From Felis catus (taxonomy: Eukaryota): DNA of 64,000 nt. Position numbers and translations under genes: made by a program. Location of the stretch: the NCBI RefSeq assembly GCF_018350175.1, contig NC_058383.1:16804001-16868000 (forward strand), written 5' to 3'. Below the pieces are notes generated by a model that had not been told where the DNA came from, ran no database searches, and worked only from the letters and a program-made list of their open reading frames with translations. Below are positions 14,002 through 27,300 of this stretch, piece by piece. Position 1 is the first letter of the stretch, and every line of letters begins with the position of its first letter.

Positions 14002-15280
14002 AGTATCCAATGGAAAAAAGACAGTCTCTTTGACAAATGGTGCTGGGAGACCTGGACAGAAACATGCAGAAGAATGAAACTGGACCACTTTCTTACACCA
14101 TACACAAAAATAAACTCAAAATGGATGATGGACCTGAATGTGAGACAGGAAATGATCAAAACCCTAGAGGAGAAATCAGGAAAAAACCTCTTTGACCTCA
14201 GCCACAGCAATTTCTTACTTGACACATCTCCAAATGCAAGGAAATTAAAAGCAAAAATGAACTATTGGGACCTCATCAAGATAAAAGCTTCTGCACTGCA
14301 AAGGAAACAATCAACAAAACTAAAAGGCAATGAACGGAATGGGAAAAGATATTTGCAAATGGCATTGGATAAGAGCTAGTATCCAAAACCTATAAAGAAA
14401 TCACCAAACTCCACACCCAAAACACAAATAATCCAGTGAACATATGAGTAGAAGACATGAATAGACTCTTTTCCGAAGAAGACATCCAGATGGCCAACAA
14501 GCACATGAAAAGATGCTCAACGTCACTCCTCATCAGAGAAATACAAATCAAAACCACACTGAGGTACCACCTCATGCCAGTCAGAGTGGCTAAAATGAAC
14601 AAATCAGGAGACTACAGATGCTGGCGAGGATGTGGAGAAGTGGGAACTCTCTTGCACTGTTGGTGGGAATGCAAACTTGTGCAGCTGCTCTGGAAAACAG
14701 TGCGGAGGTTCCTCAAAAAATTAAAAATAGATCTACCCTATGACCCAGCAATAGCACTGCTAGGAGTTTACCCAAGGGATACAGGAGTGCTGATGCATAG
14801 GGGCACATGTATCCTGATGTTTATAGCAACAGTTTCAACAATAGCCAAATTATGGAAAGAGCCTAAATGTCCATCAGCTGACGAATGGATAAAGAAGATG
14901 TGGTTTATATACACAATGGAATACTACTTGACCATGAGAAAGAATTAAATCTTGTCATTTGCAGCAATGTGGATGGAATTGGAGGGTATTATGGTAAGTG
15001 AAATAATCCAGGCAGAGAAAGACAGATAAAATATGTTTTCACTCTAATGTGGATCTTGAGAAACTTAACAGAAAACCATGGGGGGGTCCCTGGGGGGAAA
15101 AATTTACAGAGAGGGAGGCAAACCATAAAAGACTCTTGGATACTTAGAACAACCTGAGGGTTGATGGGGGGAGGGGTCAGAGAGAGGGGAAAGTGGGTGA
15201 TGGGCATTGAAGTGGGCACTTGTTGGTATTAGCACTGGGTGTTGCATGGAAACCAATTTGACAGTAAATTATATTCTAAA
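14002..15280 (+). mobile_element. 5'-truncated L1 inserted in opposite orientation into the host L1 ORF2
   Basis: ORF2 C-terminal region plus 3'UTR. The host sequence ttaaa(a/g)tctag|tttgtctgata resumes at about 15290. Short TSD aaa(a/t)tctag. Confidence 0.88.
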
Positions 15281-16570
15281 AAATTCTAGTTTGTCTGATA
15301 TAAGTATGGCTACTCCAGATTTCTTTTGACTTACAGTAGCATGATAGATGGTTCTCCATCCCCTCACTGTCAATCTGAAGTTGTCCTCAGGTCTAAAATG
15401 GGTCTCTTGTAGACAGTAAATAGACGGGTCTGGTTTTTTTATCCATTCTGATACCCTATGTCTTTTGATTGGAACATTTAAATGGACATTTAAATTCAGA
15501 TATTATTGAAAGATATGGGTTTAGAGTCATTGTGTTATCTGTAGGTTTTATGCTTGTGGTGATGTCTCTGGTTCTTTGTGGTCTTTGCAACATTCAACTC
15601 ACATAGTCCTCTTTAGGGTCTCTTGTAGGGCTGGTTTAGTGGTGATGAATTGTCTTTGGTTTGTTTGTTTGGGAAAACCTTTATCTCTCTTTCTCTTCTG
15701 AATGACAGGCTTGCTGGATAAAGATTCTTGACTGTATATTTTTCCTATTCAGCACATTGAAAATTTCCTGCCATTCCTTTCTGGCCTGCCAAGATTCAGT
15801 AGCTAGGTCTTCTACTGCCCTTATGTGTCTACCCTTGTAGGTCAAGGGCCATTTATCCCTAGCTTCTCTCAGAATTTTCTCTTTATCTTTGTATTTTGTC
15901 AGTGTCACTATGATATGTCATGCAGAAGATTGATTCTTATTACATCTGAAGGGAGTTCTCTGTACCTCCTGGATTTCAATGTCTGTTTCTTTCCCCAGAT
16001 TGGGGGAGCACTCAGCCATGATTTGTTCAAGTACACCTTTGGCCCCTTTCTCTCTCTGTTCTTCTGGAGATCCTATGATATGGATATTGTTCCAGTTCAT
16101 TGAGTCACTCAGTTCTCTAATTCTCCCTTCGTGGTCCAGAATTTTTTATCTTTTTCTCAGATATCTTTTTCCATAATTTTATCTTCTAATTCACCTATTC
16201 TCCCCTCTGCCTCTTCAGTCCTCGATGTCACTACCTGTAGTTTATTTTCTACCTCATTTACAGCATTTTTTAATTCATCACTGCTATTTTTTAGTTCCTT
16301 GATCTCTGCAGCAACAGATTGTCTGCTGTCTTCTATGTTTATTTTCCAAGCCAGCGATTAATCTTATGACTATTATTATAAATTCTTCTTCAGTTATATT
16401 ATTTGTATCTGTTTTGGTTAATTCTTTAGCTGTCATTTCTTCCTGGAATTTCTTTTGAGGAGAATTCTTCCATTTCATCATCTTGGCTAGTTTTCTATCC
16501 TTTATGCATTTTAGAAGCTTGTTATGTGCCCTGCACTTGCAAACACTGCTCTATTAAAGAGAGGTCATAC

Positions 16571-16718
16571 CTTTTGGGATGAGCACTGGGTGTTGTATGG
16601 AAACCAATTTGACAATAAATTTCATATATTGATAAAAAATAAAATTAAAAAATTAAAAAAATTAAAAATAAAAGAAAACATTTTAGAAGACTGTAAAAAA
16701 AAAAAAAAGAAAAAAAAA
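16571..16718 (+). mobile_element. Extremely truncated L1 3' tail with a double polyA
   Basis: cttttgggatgagcactggg...aataaatttcatat, then an A-rich tail, a 21-nt non-A segment and a second polyA. TSD taaagag(a/g)ggtcatac at 16555-16570 and 16719-16734. Confidence 0.88.
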
Positions 16719-19695
16719 TAAAGAGGGGTCATACACTGTCCAGGGCCTGGCCCTTCAGGAAGTGTTTTTGGAGAGTGTTACTTGCTCTCTGTTGTTGTGA
16801 CTTTGATTATTTTATCTCCCTACTCGTAGTGATGTTTTGGACCCTCCATCAAGTGTGCTTTGAATTGTTGATTGAAGTAGCACTGGAAACTAAAACAAAC
16901 AAATGAACGTCAACAGAAAACAAAAACATGCAAATGCACAAACAAACAAAAACAAAAAACCAGAAACACCAGCTACAAGTAAACAAAAGGGTGGAGGCTG
17001 ATGGAAGAGACTTTATCCCATAAAAGGAGAAAAATGACAGGGCAGAGAAAAAGAAAAAATAAAAATTGACCAGAGAAACTGTATGGCTTAATCCAGAGAC
17101 AGAGAAAGGAAAATAAAGAAGGATATGGGGGAAAAGAAAAGAAAATAAAGTTGTCCAGACAGAGAAACTGTATGGCTTAATCTAGAGAGAAAGTAAAGAA
17201 GGAGGTGTAGAACATGTATCAAGAGAATGGATTAAATATATCTGCTTAAACAAACCAACAAGTAGAGTAACCAGACTAGGGGAGGGAAGAGATAAGAAGG
17301 AGAAAAAAAAAGGAAGAATATATCTATATAATAACAATTGTCTGAGAATTAAATCAGGCAATGTAACAGTGCTGGTCTGGAGGAGGGGCTGTCTGGTTCC
17401 TCAGTGTCAATCCTGCTCCAGTAGGCACTGAGGGGCATGGTTTGTTGTAGGCAGGTCCCACCTCCACTTTGGGCCCTCTCTCCATTCCCTGAAGGCCCAC
17501 ATATTCCAGTCAGGTTGTCCTGGCGGGTCCCTGAAAGCAACTCTGATACTTTGCCTCCCAGACTCTTGGCGTTCAAAGTCCTTTGGCCTCAACACTGCTT
17601 TGTTTGAGAGACGAGGGAACTTCAGATCCCCCTATATCTCCACCATGTTGGCCCCTCCCTCTAACCCCTCACGTCTGAGGGACTGTGGCTTTGACCTGCT
17701 CAGATCCTCTGGGGGAGGATCTCATTGGGCAATGGCCAGGTGCTGGCCCACACCCAGGAACCTTTGTGAGACCATGCCGCTGCCAATGCCTAGACCTTGT
17801 AGCTGGGTGCCAACCAGCCCCAGAAAAAGTTTGTGCAATCTTGTAGGAGAAGTGTTTCAGGGTTTATGGAAAATCACAACACATATCTAGTGCCAGGATT
17901 CCCCTTTAACATCCTTGTTCCAACACCAGCAAATGTGGTTGCTCTCCAGGGTCCGCTGGTACCTTTGCCTGTAGGGTGGCTGCACAGCCTCTACCAAATG
18001 TCCTCCCAGTAAGGAAACTGCTACTCCCTGTGTGACCTGTGGACCCCTCAGACCTCACTCTCTGCTAATGGGGATTCAACTTCCCACCAGAGCACTGCCA
18101 GGGTATCTGTACCCTCCCTGTTTATAGAGTGTTCATGGAATTCAAACCCTTCCCTTTCTCCTTTCTCCCTTTTTTTCAGTCCCTGTAGCTGTTTCCACTT
18201 TTCCACTTTCTCTCCAGGTGCTTTTTTGGGAGGAGGGGGTGCTTTTCCTGTATTCTCTCCCCATCTCCATCCTCTCTCCACAAGTAAAAACAACTCTCTG
18301 TCCTCTGCATCTTCTCCCTCCCCCAGTTCCCCTCTCCATGCTGAGTACCTGCCAAGTTCTTGGTTCAGATTGTGCAAATTGTTGTGTTAATCCTCAAATC
18401 AGTATTCTAGATGTGCTAGATGGTTCAGTGTTGATCTGGCTCCATTTAAGGGACAAGAGATGCAAAAAAAACAAAAAACAAAAAACAAAACCTTCCACCC
18501 TGTCCTGACATCTTGGCCCCCTAACCACCATTTCTTATATCATCCAGCCAAACACCAAGTACTCACGTGAAGGCAATCTTTCTTTTGGGATATCAGAAAC
18601 TAATTGATCTTGATTAGCACAGACCAGAGTCAGAGCTCATTAGTAATGGCTTCACATTCACTATTTGAAGGGCATCCTAATTGCCCTTGCATGGGACCCT
18701 AGATATAGTTATCAATACAACCAGGGAATTGGAACGGCTACACACTGGGTCAAAGTTTTTCATTTTAGCTGTGATTGGGATAACACTGAGAATGAAATGT
18801 CTAGCTCTATGTTCCTCTTGTCCCATAAATGAAGATAGTTTCCTCCAAATATCTCTGGCCCTGAATACACACGAGTATTCCTGATTGGCACTTTGAAATG
18901 CCCTGGGCTTACCTTTGTAAACATAGTACTGAGAGGCAATTTTTTAGGGATCCTGTAGCCTAACATAACCCAGAGTGACAAGAACTTGTCCAGACACCCT
19001 AATTAAAAGTAGAGAAAATGGCTCTGAGACACTGTCCCTGAAAAGACAACAGGGATAACTCAACTTTGAAAAGAGCAAAAGGTTGGAGAATACACAGAAG
19101 ACAAAGTCCTTTATTACAGAAGAGAACGGGATTTAACAAATAATGAAGTGACTAGCACAGTCTCCTGGCAAGATGGTTGTTTCAGGAGTAAGAACAGTCT
19201 GTGGGCTAGGACAAAGGGAAACATCCAGCATTGTTCCTTCCGAAAGAGATGGAAAATTTCTGGCATTTGCGTTCCCCCCTGTCCTTTGATGCAGTAATGA
19301 TTCATAGTAGGTTATGGTCTATGGATGACTCTCAAGAATTTGAAAAGTGACTCTCATGAACTAGCGTTCAATGGTCTGTTTCTGCACATCGCAGGTCCTG
19401 AAGAATACTGCAAATAGGTGAACTGTCTGCTCTTCACAGTGAAGGTACCTACAGCAGCCAGTGGTTGGACTTTTGCTGTCTAAATATTAGCATGACAACT
19501 GTAACCTTTAAGTACCAAGTCATCAGTGACAGGAGGTCAAAAAAAATCCTTTGGTATATGAGACACTGATTGCTTTCAATTAACATGGGAGCAGAGTGGG
19601 AGCTCTCCACAAATTTCTGGTTTTTCACTGAGTTATTGACAAGCCCACTGTGCCTGGTGACAACTAAGATATAATTAGAAAAACAGCAAGGGATT

Positions 19696-19912
19696 GGGTG
19701 CATTGGTGGCTCAAACCTTTAAACAGCTGACTCTTGTGTGGCTGAGTTTATGATCTCAAGGTTGTGAGTTCAAGCTCCACATCAGGCTTTGTGCTCACAG
19801 CACAGAGTCTGATTTGGATTCTCTGTCTCCCTCTTTCAGCCACTACCCCGCTCATGCACTCTCTCCCTCCCCCTCTCTCCAAAAATAAATAAATGTTTTA
19901 AATATTTTTTTT
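19696..19912 (+). mobile_element. Older CanSINE
   Basis: Degenerate SINEC head, CT-rich body and aaaaataaataaa tail. Approximate TSD aa(c/t)agcaag. Confidence 0.85.
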
Positions 19913-22900
19913 AATAGCAAGAGACTCATGAAGGGCCAAAGTTCTTCATTTCATATGAGAGTGGGATCAAGTTGAGAATAAAGTGACTGGTATAATCTAT
20001 TTCAAGCTGGCTGTCTTCAGAAGAAGAAGCACCTATGCTCAGAGGAAAGGGGAAAACACCACTGGTTCTACCTGGGAGTCTAGTCCAGAGGAAGCCTTCA
20101 TCTGAAATTCAAGTGAGAATGGTAAAAAACTGAAAATGTAATGTATATCTCAGTGTATTCTTATTCCAGAACCAGGACCCAATCTCTCCCAACTCTTCTG
20201 GGCCTGCTTACATGCAAGCATTGTGTGTCAGACACCTTCAAATGCCCTATGTTTCCCAATGTACACATAGTTCTAAAACACAAGTGGTGAGAGGCTCCAC
20301 ATCCCAATGTATTCCAGAGTCCAGAGAATTTGACCCATCTCCTCAATTAAAATGAGAGTGAATTGGTCTTAAAATCTGGACCTGATGTCTACCAGAGTAA
20401 ACCAAGCATGAAAAAAGACCAAAAAGGTGGACATGGATACTCAGAGACCCAAAGTTATTTCTTACAGATGAAAAAAGGAAAAAAACAAAGAATAAAGTGA
20501 CTAGCATAATCTCAAGAGTAAGAAACACCAATGGTTTGGGTTAAGGGAAACTTCCATTGACTATACCTGATGCCCCTACTGCATGAACTATTAATCCAGA
20601 ACTTTGGTAAGACAACATTTTTTCTGGGCTTTGATTTTTTTCCTTGCCCTTTCCATCAAATATCGATGCCACATTCATTCAGTGGATAGGGGTCAGTCTC
20701 CTTGCTGACCTTCAAGTGGTGGAACCAGGCTCTGGTGCAGGGGTACCTGAAAGGGATTTTTTCTACACCGACCCATCTCTGGCAGCATCTAAGGGCCTTC
20801 TTCTTTTAATAAAGAGGGCATCTCATTGAGCAAATTCATTGAGACAATCAGGGTAAACATCACCATGCCATCTGTAACTTGCCAAGCACCACATTTTCAG
20901 TAAAAGGTGAGCAATTTTCCCATTGGGGTATCAAAAACTGATTGCTCTTGGATAGCACAGGAAGTGAGGGGGAGCTCACCATTAATCCCTAAGTGCTTTT
21001 TATATCAATGAAAACCTCATTTCCCCTGAGAGTGACCCAAGAACTCATTAGAAAATCCGCAAGGGGATGGGAACATATGGAGGGCCAGGTTTGTTTATGT
21101 TAGTAGAAAATGGGATATATCTTAAAATGCAGTACCTAGCTTCATTTCCCCTTGCTGCAGAACTGAGACAGGCTCCATCCCACTCCTCTGTCCCTGACTA
21201 CATGAAAATATTCTGTGCTGGAGTCCTTCAAATGCCCTAGGTCTTGTGTGGCCAAAGGCAGGCCCTGTTGGCCAGTGTGGCCCAACTTTTCCCAAAGTTA
21301 GGAGAACTTGGCCTGACTCCCCAGTTGACATGAGAAGGAATTGCTCTTGCATTCTGGTTCTGAATCCTCACAGTGAATGCCTATGTAGAAAAAATATAAG
21401 GGGTTGGGAATGGATATCAGTGGCCCAGGTTCTTCACTGCAGATGAAGACAGCATAAAGCTGAGAATAAAATGAGTAGCTAAGGTTCTTCTTGCCCCGGA
21501 AGTGAAGCCAGTTGCCTCCCAGCTCCTCTGTTCTTGGCTTATATGCCAAAATTCTGTTCTGGGCACCTTCCAATGCCTTAGGCTTCCCATTGTCAACATA
21601 GTTATGAAAGGCAAATCTCAAGGAGTCCCATTGCTCAACTTATCCCTGAGTAAGATGAATTCAACGAGACTGTCCAGTTAACAGCTGTGGAAATCTCTTG
21701 TGGACATTGGCTGTGAATGTTTCACAGGGTAGACCTCATTTGAAAAAAAGAGTGAAATGATGGAAATGGATCATTTCCATGTATCATGGAAATGGATACA
21801 TGGAGAGCCAAAGTTCTCCAAATCAAATGGGAATTGGATGCATCTGAGAGTGAAGTGACTAGCACACTCTTTTGGCCAGCTGGCTTTCTTGGGAATAAGA
21901 ACCACCTCTTGGGTGGGGCAAAGGAAACATCCACTGGCTACCCTAGCAACCAGTTTTGTAAGAATTCTTCAATGGGACTTCAGAAAGGGAGGAGAAGCTT
22001 TTGAAACTGAGTTGGTTTCTTACCCTGACCTACAGTGGGTACAGTCACGAGTGGTTTTGGTGTAATGGCTTTTGACATTTATATATTTGGAATCAGGCTT
22101 TGTGGAAGTATTCCTTGAATAGGCAATGCACTGACTAGTTCTGGGTGCTAAATGCCCATGCAGGAACCATTTGCTTTTCAGTAGGAAGTCATCTCAAGCA
22201 GCCAGGGGAGGAAGGCAATCTGGTAACCATCACTGATCCTACCCAAAGTGTCAAGTCCCACAAGCTCAGTGACAGGTAGTTCATCTTTATTTGGGGATAT
22301 CAGAAACTGATTGCTCTAGGTTACCATAGGAATAAGGTGGGAGCTGGCCACCAATCTCAGGGCACTCACTGTGTGAGTGAAAGCCCTATCACATTTCAAA
22401 GTGACTCAAGATCTCATTAGAAAAACATCTAGGGATTGGAGGAGGGAAGATGGCGGTGTAGGAAAACGCTGGGCTCACCGCGTGTCCTGCTGATCACTTA
22501 GATTCCACCTATACCTGCCTAAATAATGCAGAAAACCGCCAGAGGATTAGCAGAACGGAGTCTCCGGGCCAAGCGCAGACGAGAGGCCCACGGAAGAGGG
22601 TAGGAAGGGCGGCGAGGCTGTGCGCGCTCCACGGACTGGCGGGAGGGAGCCGGGGTGGAGGGGCGGCTCGCCAGCCAAGCAGAGCCCCCGAGTCTGGCTT
22701 GCAAAAGCAGAGGGGCCTGACGGACTGTGTTCCGACAGCAAGCGGGACTTAGCGTCTGGGAGGTCATAAGTTAACAGCTCTGCTCAGAAAGCGGGAAGGC
22801 TGGAGGACAAAGGGAGGGAGAGCTGCTGAGCCCCTGGACGACAGAGCTCAGTTTGGTGGGGAACAAAGGCGCTCGCCAGCGCCATCTCCCCCGCCCATCC

Positions 22901-23361
22901 CCCAGCCAAAATCCCAAAGAGAACCAGTTCCTGCCAGGGAACTTGCTCCATCCGCACAAACACCCAACTCTGTGCTTCTGCGGAGCCAAACCTCCGGCAG
23001 CGGATCTGACTCTCTCCTTCTGCCACAGGGCCCCTCCTGAAGTGGATCACCTAAGAAGAAGCGAGCTAAGTCTGCCCCTCCTGCCCCCGTGCACCTTGCC
23101 TACCCACCCCAGCTAATACGCCAGATCCCCAGCATCACAAGCCTGGCAGTGTGCAAGTAGCCCAGATGGGCCACACCACCCCACAGTGAATCCCGCCCCT
23201 AGGAGAGGGGAAGAGAAGGCACACACCAGTCTGACTGTGGCCCCAGCGGTGGGCTGGGGGCAGACATCAGGTCTGACTGGCCCCACCCACCAACTCCAGT
23301 TATACACCACAGCACAGGGGAAGTGCCCTGCAGGTCCTCACCATGCCAGGGACTATCCAAA

Positions 23362-24255
23362 ATGACCAAGCGGAAGAATTCCCCTCAGAAGAATCTCCAG
23401 GAAATAACAACAGCTAACGAACTGATCAAAAAGGATTTAAATAATATAACAGAAAGTGAATTCAGAATAATAGTCATAAAATTAATCGCTGGGCTTGAAA
23501 ACAGTATACAGGACAGCAGAGAATCTCTTGCTACAGAGATCAAGGGACTAAGGAGCAGTCACGAGAAGCTGAAAAACGTTTTAAACGAAATGCATAACAA
23601 AATGGAAACCACCACGGCTCGGATTGAAGAGGCAGAGGAGAGAATAGGTGAACTAGAAGATAAAGTTATGGAAAAAGAGGAAGCTGAGAAAAAGAGAGAT
23701 AAAAAAATCCAGGAGTATGAGGGGAAAATTAGAGAACTAAGTGATACACTAAAAAGAAATAATATACGCATAATTGGTATCCCAGAGGAGGAAGAGAGAG
23801 GGAAAGGTGCTGAAGGGGTACTTGAAGAAATCATAGCTGAGAACTTCCCTGAACTGGGGAAGGAAAAAGGCATTGAAATCCAAGAGGCACAGAGAACTCC
23901 CTTCAGACGTAACTTGAATCGATCTTCTGCACGACATATCATAGTGAAACTGGCAAAATACAAGGATAAAGAGAAAATTCTGAAAGCAGCAAGGGGTAAA
24001 CGCGCCCTCACATATAAAGGGAGACCTATAAGACTCGTGACTGATCTCTCTTTTGAAACTTGGCAGGCCAGAAAGAATTGGCACGAGATTTTCAGGGTGC
24101 TAGACAGAAAAAATATGCAGCCGAGAATCCTTTATCCAGCAAGTCTGTCATTTAGAATAGAAGGAGAGATAAAGGTTTTCCCAAACAAACAAAAACTGAA
24201 GGAATTTGTCACCACTAAACCAGCCCTACAAAAGATCCTAAGGGGGACCCAGTGA
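23362..24255 (+). CDS. L1 ORF1p, open reading frame intact (297 aa)
   Basis: MTKRKNSPQKN...coiled coil...NIRIIGIPEEE...WQARK...YPASLSF...KPALQKILRGTQ*, uninterrupted. Confidence 0.9.
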   Translation: MTKRKNSPQKNLQEITTANELIKKDLNNITESEFRIIVIKLIAGLENSIQDSRESLATEIKGLRSSHEKLKNVLNEMHNKMETTTARIEEAEERIGELEDKVMEKEEAEKKRDKKIQEYEGKIRELSDTLKRNNIRIIGIPEEEERGKGAEGVLEEIIAENFPELGKEKGIEIQEAQRTPFRRNLNRSSARHIIVKLAKYKDKEKILKAARGKRALTYKGRPIRLVTDLSFETWQARKNWHEIFRVLDRKNMQPRILYPASLSFRIEGEIKVFPNKQKLKEFVTTKPALQKILRGTQ

Positions 24256-24305
24256 GACAAAGTCCCAGAGACATCACTACAAGCATAAAACATACAGACA
24301 TCACA

Positions 24306-27300
24306 ATGACTCTAAACCCGTATCATTCTATAATAACACTGAATGTAAATGGATTAAATGCGCCAACCAAAAGACATAGGGTATCAGAATGGATAAAAAA
24401 ACAAGACCCATCTATTTGCTGTCTACAAGAGACTCATTTTAGACCTGAGGACACCTTTAGATTGAGAGTGAGGGGATGGAGAACTATTTATGCGACTGGA
24501 AGCCAAAAGAAAGCTGGAGTAGCCATACTTATATCAGACAAACTAGACTTTAAATTAAAGGCTGTAACAAGAGATGAAGAAGGGCATTATATAATAGTTA
24601 CAGGGTCTATCCATCAGGAAGAGCTAACAATTATAAATGTCTATGCGCTGAATACCGGAGCCCCCAAATATATAAAACAATTACAACATAAGCAACCTTA
24701 TTGATAAGAATGTGGTAATTGCAGGGGACTTTAACACCCCACTTAAAGAAATGGATAGATCATCTAGACACACGGTCAATAAAGAAACAAGGGCCCTGAA
24801 CGAGACATTGGATCGGATGGACTTGACAAATATATTTAGAACTCTGCATCCCAAAGCAACAGAATATACTTTCTTCTCGAGGAGTGCACATGGAACATTC
24901 TCCAAGATAGATCATATACTGGGTCACAAAACAGCCCTTCATAAGTTTACAAGAATTGAAATTATACCATGCATACTTTCAGACCACAATGCTATGAAGC
25001 TTGAAATCAACCACAGAAAAAAGTCTGGAAAACCTCCAAAAGCATGGAGGTTAAAGAACACCCTACTAACGAATGAGTGGGTCAACCAGGCAATTAGGGA
25101 AGAAATTAAAAAATATATGGAAACAAATGAAAATGAAAATACAACAATCCAAACGCTTTGGGACGCAGCGAAGGCAGTCCTGAGAGGAAAATACATTGCA
25201 ATCCAGGCCTATCTCAAGAAACAAGAAAAATCCCAAATACAAAATCTAACAGCACACCTAAAGGAACTAGAAGCAGAACAGCAAAGGCAGCCTAAACCCA
25301 GCAGAAGAAGAGAAATAATAAAGATCAGGGCAGAAATAAACAATATAGAATCTAAAAAAACTGTAGAGCAGATCAACAAAACCAAGAGTTGGTTTTTTTG
25401 AAAAAATAAACAAAATTGACAAACCTCTAGCCAGGCTTCTCAAAAAGAAAAGGGAGATGACCCAAATAGATAAAATCATGAATGAAAATGGAATTATTAC
25501 AACCAACCCCTCAGAGATACAAGCAATTATCAGGGAATACTATGAAAAATTATATGCCAACAAATTGGACAACCTGGAAGAAATGGACAAATTCCTGAAC
25601 ACCCACACTCTTCCAAAACTCAATCAGGAGGAAATAGAAAGCTTGAACAGACCCATAACCAGCAAAGAAATTGAATCAGTTATCAAAACTCTCCCAACAA
25701 ATAAGAGTCCAGGACCAGATGGCTTCCCAGGGGAGTTCTACCAGATGTTTAAAGCAGAGATAATACCTATCCTTCTCAAGCTATTCCAAGAAATAGAAAG
25801 GGAAGGAAAACTTCCAGACTCATTCTATGAAGCCAGTATTACTTTGATTCCTAAACCAGACAGAGACCCAGTAAAAAAAGAGAACTACAGGCCAATATCC
25901 CTGATGAATATGGATGCAAAAATTCTCAATAAGATACTAGCAAATAGAATTCAACGGCATATAAAAAGAATTATTCACCATGATCAACTGGGATTCATTC
26001 CTGGGATGCAGGGCTGGTTCAACATTCGCAAATCAATGAACGTGATACATCACATTAACAAAAAAAAGGAGAAGAACCATATGATCCTGTCAATCGATGC
26101 AGAAAAAGCCTTTGATAAAATCCAGCACCCTTTCTTAATAAAAACCCTTCAGAAAGTCGGGAGAGAAGGAACATACTTAAAGATCATAAAAGCCATTTAT
26201 GAAAAGCCCACAGCTAACATCATCCTCAATGGGGAAAAACTGAGAGCTTTCTCCCTGAGATCAGGAACACGACAGGGATGCCCACTCTCACCGCTGCTGT
26301 TTAATATAGTGCTGGAAGTTCTAGCATCAGCAATCAGACAACAAAAGGAAATCAAAGGCCTCAAAATTGGCAAAGATGAAGTCAAGCTTTCGCTTTTTGC
26401 AGATGACATGATATTATACATGGAAAATCCGATAGACTCCACCAAAAGTCTGCTAGAACTGATACAGGAATTCAGCAAAGTTGCAGGATACAAAATCAAT
26501 GTACAGAAATCAGTTGCATTCTTATACACTAACAATGAAGCAACAGAAAGACAAATAAAGAAACTGATCCCATTCACAATTGCACCAAGAAGCATAAAAT
26601 ACCTGGGAATAAATCTAACCAAAGATGTAAAGGATCTGTATGCTGAAAACTATAGAAAGCTTACGAAGGTAATTGAAGAAGATTTAAAGAAATGGAAAGA
26701 CATTCCCTGCTCATGGATTGGAAGAATAAATCTTGTCAAAATGTCAATACTACCCAAAGCTATCTACACATTCAATGCAATCCCAATCAAAATTGCACCA
26801 GCATTCTTCTCGAAACTAGAACAAGCAATCCTAAAATTCATATGGAACCACAAAAGGCCCCAAAAAGTCAAAGTAATTTTGAAGAAGAAGACCAAAGCCG
26901 GAGGCATCACAATCCCAGGCTTTAGCCTCTACTACAAAGCTGTAATCATCAAGACAGCATGGTATTGGCACAAAAACAGACACATAGACCAATGGAATAG
27001 GATAGAAACCCCAGAACTAGACCCACAAACGTATGGCCAACTCATCTTTGACAAAGTAGGAAAGAACATCCAATGGAAAAAAGACACCCTCTTTAACAAA
27101 TGGTGCTGGGAGAACTGGGCAGCAACATGCAGAAGATTGAAACTAGACCACTTTCTCACACCATTCACAAAAATAAACTCAAAATGGATAAAGGACCTGA
27201 ATGTGAGACAAGAAACCATCAAAACCTTAGAGGAGAAAGCAGGAAAAGACCTCTCTGACCTCAGCCATAGCAACCTCTTACTCGACACATCCCCAAAGGC

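Larger units (their letters stand above)
10248..18521 (-). mobile_element. Full-length decayed L1 with composite 5'UTR and nested insertions
   Basis: PolyT at about 10248-10282, ORF2 fragments from 15530 to about 10500, ORF1 from 16481 (MMKWKNSPQKK), and a 5' end resembling gggggccaagatg at about 18521. No matching TSD found. Confidence 0.9.
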
